Shown: one piece after another, positions 61,992 to 64,000 of the stretch
How the letters are laid out: each line of letters begins with the position of its first letter
Numbering within the stretch: position 1 is the first letter of the stretch
DNA from: Candidatus Methanomethylophilaceae archaeon
GTDB taxonomy: Archaea > Thermoplasmatota > Thermoplasmata > Methanomassiliicoccales > Methanomethylophilaceae
Length of the DNA stretch: 64,000 bases
Direction of reading: 5' to 3'
Assembly (NCBI GenBank): GCA_050950505.1
Contig: JBMNHS010000001.1
Span: 416,001-480,000, forward strand
Notes under the pieces: model-generated
What the model saw: only the letters and a program-made list of their open reading frames with translations
The model's database searches: none
What the model was told of the DNA's origin: nothing
Program-made: the position numbers and the translations under genes

Positions 61992-64000
61992 TTAATGTCT
62001 AGAACGTTTATTTTTACCATCTGCCGGTTCAAAATCTTTATAATACTTGTCAATTATGGCTTTTAATTTTATTATCTTCTCATTTGTCAGATTATTATGC
62101 CTGTGTGTAAATGCATCATTAGGTATGGTGTTATAATTCCCATAAAGTCCCCTGAGCATCAAATCAGAATTTTTAGGAATCTTAATAGGTATATTTTCAA
62201 ACATTGCATCTTTCAAAGGTAATATGTCTGTTAGGGATAATGCACTTTTTGATGTTTCACCAATAGTCAAATTATCGATGCCCCACGTCGCCGATGTAGT
62301 TTTATCAATCTCTTTGGAATTGTAACTAATTCTATATTCTGAAATTATTTTTTCTAATTCCTTAATCTGATTGTCGTTTAATAAGGCTCCGGGCTCCAGT
62401 TCATTTTGAATTCTAAATTTGGTAGCCGCATTGCAGAGTTTTTTTCTATCCCGCCTATATATCTTTTCCAAAGAATCGGTTGTTGCTTTATATGCATCGA
62501 ATATGAATATGTCTATTCTAAAAATATATCCGTATCCTTTAAAACTCATGTTGTATATGTGATGCGGGCCATCATATATTCTGTACTCTTCTCTCAAATT
62601 CATGTTTGGGTAAAGTTTTTCAACAATGTCCTTAAGTTGATGTATTTCATGTCTGAACATCCCCACGTCTAAATCGTCATCCCATGGAATAAATCCCTGA
62701 TGTCGGACAGCACCCAATAAGGTCCCTGCAAAGGACCAGTATGTCAATCCGTGATCTTTGCATATTTTATCAAATTCCCTCATTAGTATTACCGAACAAA
62801 TTTGCAACAGACGTAGTTCGCCACTCGTAATAGGCATACGGTGAAAAAATTCGTTTTTTCCCTGATTTTCTAATTTGCTAAAATCTCGTTTAGATAAGTA
62901 TTTATTAAGTTTTGAATAGGATGTATTTGGATTCAATATGTCATTATCACTTAAAACTGATAAATCAATCGCCCACTCCATCCATGATAGTGCGATACTA
63001 TAATTTTGTTCTATAGATGCGTTACCGTTATAGTATATCGACGCGACTTTAGACATTGCATTTAATATTTTTCGTTGATTTAAAGAATCAAGATATGTGA
63101 CAACATCTAAAAAATTTGTACATGGTGGTATTTTAGGATATTCACCATTCAAATTTCCAATGCCCCAAAGGATATCAAACAGTTCTCTTGGAGCCCATTT
63201 CACACCGCCATCCACAGCCTTTCTCATCCACTCCGCCGCAACGTAAAGATTTTTTTCCACGCCTTTGCCGTGGTAGTATGCCCTTCCTAAGCGACCCATG
63301 GAAGCAAAATCTCCTTTTTTTGCGGATTCGGAAACGATGGAAATCATATCTTCATAGGATTCGGGGGATCCAATGCCCCAAAGGATATCAAACAGTTCTC
63401 TTGGAGCCCATTTCACACCGCCATCCACAGCCTTTCTCATCCACTCCGCCGCAACGTAAAGATTTTTTTCCACGCCTTTGCCGTGGTAGTATGCCCTTCC
63501 TAATCGACCCATGGAAGCAAAATCTCCTTTTTTTGCGGATTCGGAAACGATGGAAATCATATCTTCATAGGATTCGGGGGATCCAATATCCCAAAGGATA
63601 TCAAACAGTTCGCTTGGAGCCCATTTCACACCGCCATCCACAGCCTTTCTCATCCACTCCGCCGCAACGTAAAGATTTTTTTCCACGCCTTTGCCGTGGT
63701 AGTATGCCCTTCCTAATCGACCCATGGAAGCAAAATCTCCTTTTTTTGCGGATTCGGAAACGATGGAAATCATATCTTCATAGGATTCGGGGGATCCAAT
63801 ATCCCAAAGGATATCAAACAGTTCGCTTGGAGCCCATTTCACACCGCCATCCACAGCCTTTCTCATCCACTCCGCCGCAACGTAAAGATTTTTTTCCACG
63901 CCTTTGCCGTGGTAGTACATACGACCTATGTTATTCGCTACCGCGGGGTATTGATTGACAACTTCTACACATCTATCGAATGCAAACTTCCAGTTCTCGG
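61992..64000 (-). CDS. LicD family phosphotransferase with N-terminal Sel1 repeats (5' end outside the window)
   Basis: FAGTLLGAVRHQGFIPWDDDLDVGM and LYGNY..IP; the frame stays open from ATG 63920 to the window end. Confidence 0.92.
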   Translation of the reverse strand, partial: ENWKFAFDRCVEVVNQYPAVANNIGRMYYHGKGVEKNLYVAAEWMRKAVDGGVKWAPSELFDILWDIGSPESYEDMISIVSESAKKGDFASMGRLGRAYYHGKGVEKNLYVAAEWMRKAVDGGVKWAPSELFDILWDIGSPESYEDMISIVSESAKKGDFASMGRLGRAYYHGKGVEKNLYVAAEWMRKAVDGGVKWAPRELFDILWGIGSPESYEDMISIVSESAKKGDFASMGRLGRAYYHGKGVEKNLYVAAEWMRKAVDGGVKWAPRELFDILWGIGNLNGEYPKIPPCTNFLDVVTYLDSLNQRKILNAMSKVASIYYNGNASIEQNYSIALSWMEWAIDLSVLSDNDILNPNTSYSKLNKYLSKRDFSKLENQGKNEFFHRMPITSGELRLLQICSVILMREFDKICKDHGLTYWSFAGTLLGAVRHQGFIPWDDDLDVGMFRHEIHQLKDIVEKLYPNMNLREEYRIYDGPHHIYNMSFKGYGYIFRIDIFIFDAYKATTDSLEKIYRRDRKKLCNAATKFRIQNELEPGALLNDNQIKELEKIISEYRISYNSKEIDKTTSATWGIDNLTIGETSKSALSLTDILPLKDAMFENIPIKIPKNSDLMLRGLYGNYNTIPNDAFTHRHNNLTNEKIIKLKAIIDKYYKDFEPADGKNKRSRH
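63156..63917 (-). repeat. Near-identical 213-bp (71-aa) tandem repeat, about 3.6 copies, encoding paired Sel1-like motifs
   Basis: GCAAAATCTCC recurs at 63304, 63517 and 63730. Confidence 0.95.

Noticed and set aside
63156-63917. Possible CRISPR array
   Set aside because: Contiguous 213-bp units with no unique spacers, in frame within a gene.
63188-63958. 256-aa repetitive + strand ORF
   Set aside because: Opposite-strand by-product of the 213-bp coding repeat.
1-64000. tRNA, rRNA genes and inteins (in cdc6, atpA, DP1, cdc48)
   Set aside because: None recognised by eye, and the protein lengths are typical of intein-free forms.

Overview
Archaeal chromosome segment, by inference from a Methanomassiliicoccales-like member of the Thermoplasmatota. 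The supporting signs are ORBs flanking orc1/cdc6, an A1Ao ATPase operon in the order H-I-K-E-C-F-A-B-D, expanded Sel1 and adhesin repeats, and near absence of TAG stops. Bases 1-46 kb are core genome: a replication origin with cdc6, tiaS, the ATP synthase operon, PolD small subunit, cdc48-hsp20, trpB2, endA, tfb, purE/guaAB, secE-spt5-rpl11 // rpl1-rpl10-rpl12, pps-ahcY-pfkB-AK-CDP-alcohol transferase, priL and malic enzyme. Bases 46-64 kb are a visibly AT-richer, bacterial-looking cell-surface island. It carries rmlA, an LRR/FN3 adhesin, galE-glf, a Wzm/Wzt-type ABC exporter whose ATPase is fused to a long Sel1 array, and a complete three-gene 2-hydroxyethylphosphonate pathway (ppd, a PntC-CTPtransferase-PepM triple fusion, and a phosphonoacetaldehyde reductase). 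It also holds a decayed IS1634-like element and a LicD transferase fused to recently amplified Sel1 repeats. The best candidate for an undescribed system is a Sel1-scaffolded phosphonoglycan synthesis and export locus in an anaerobic archaeon. All calls come from motif recognition by eye; no database search was run.
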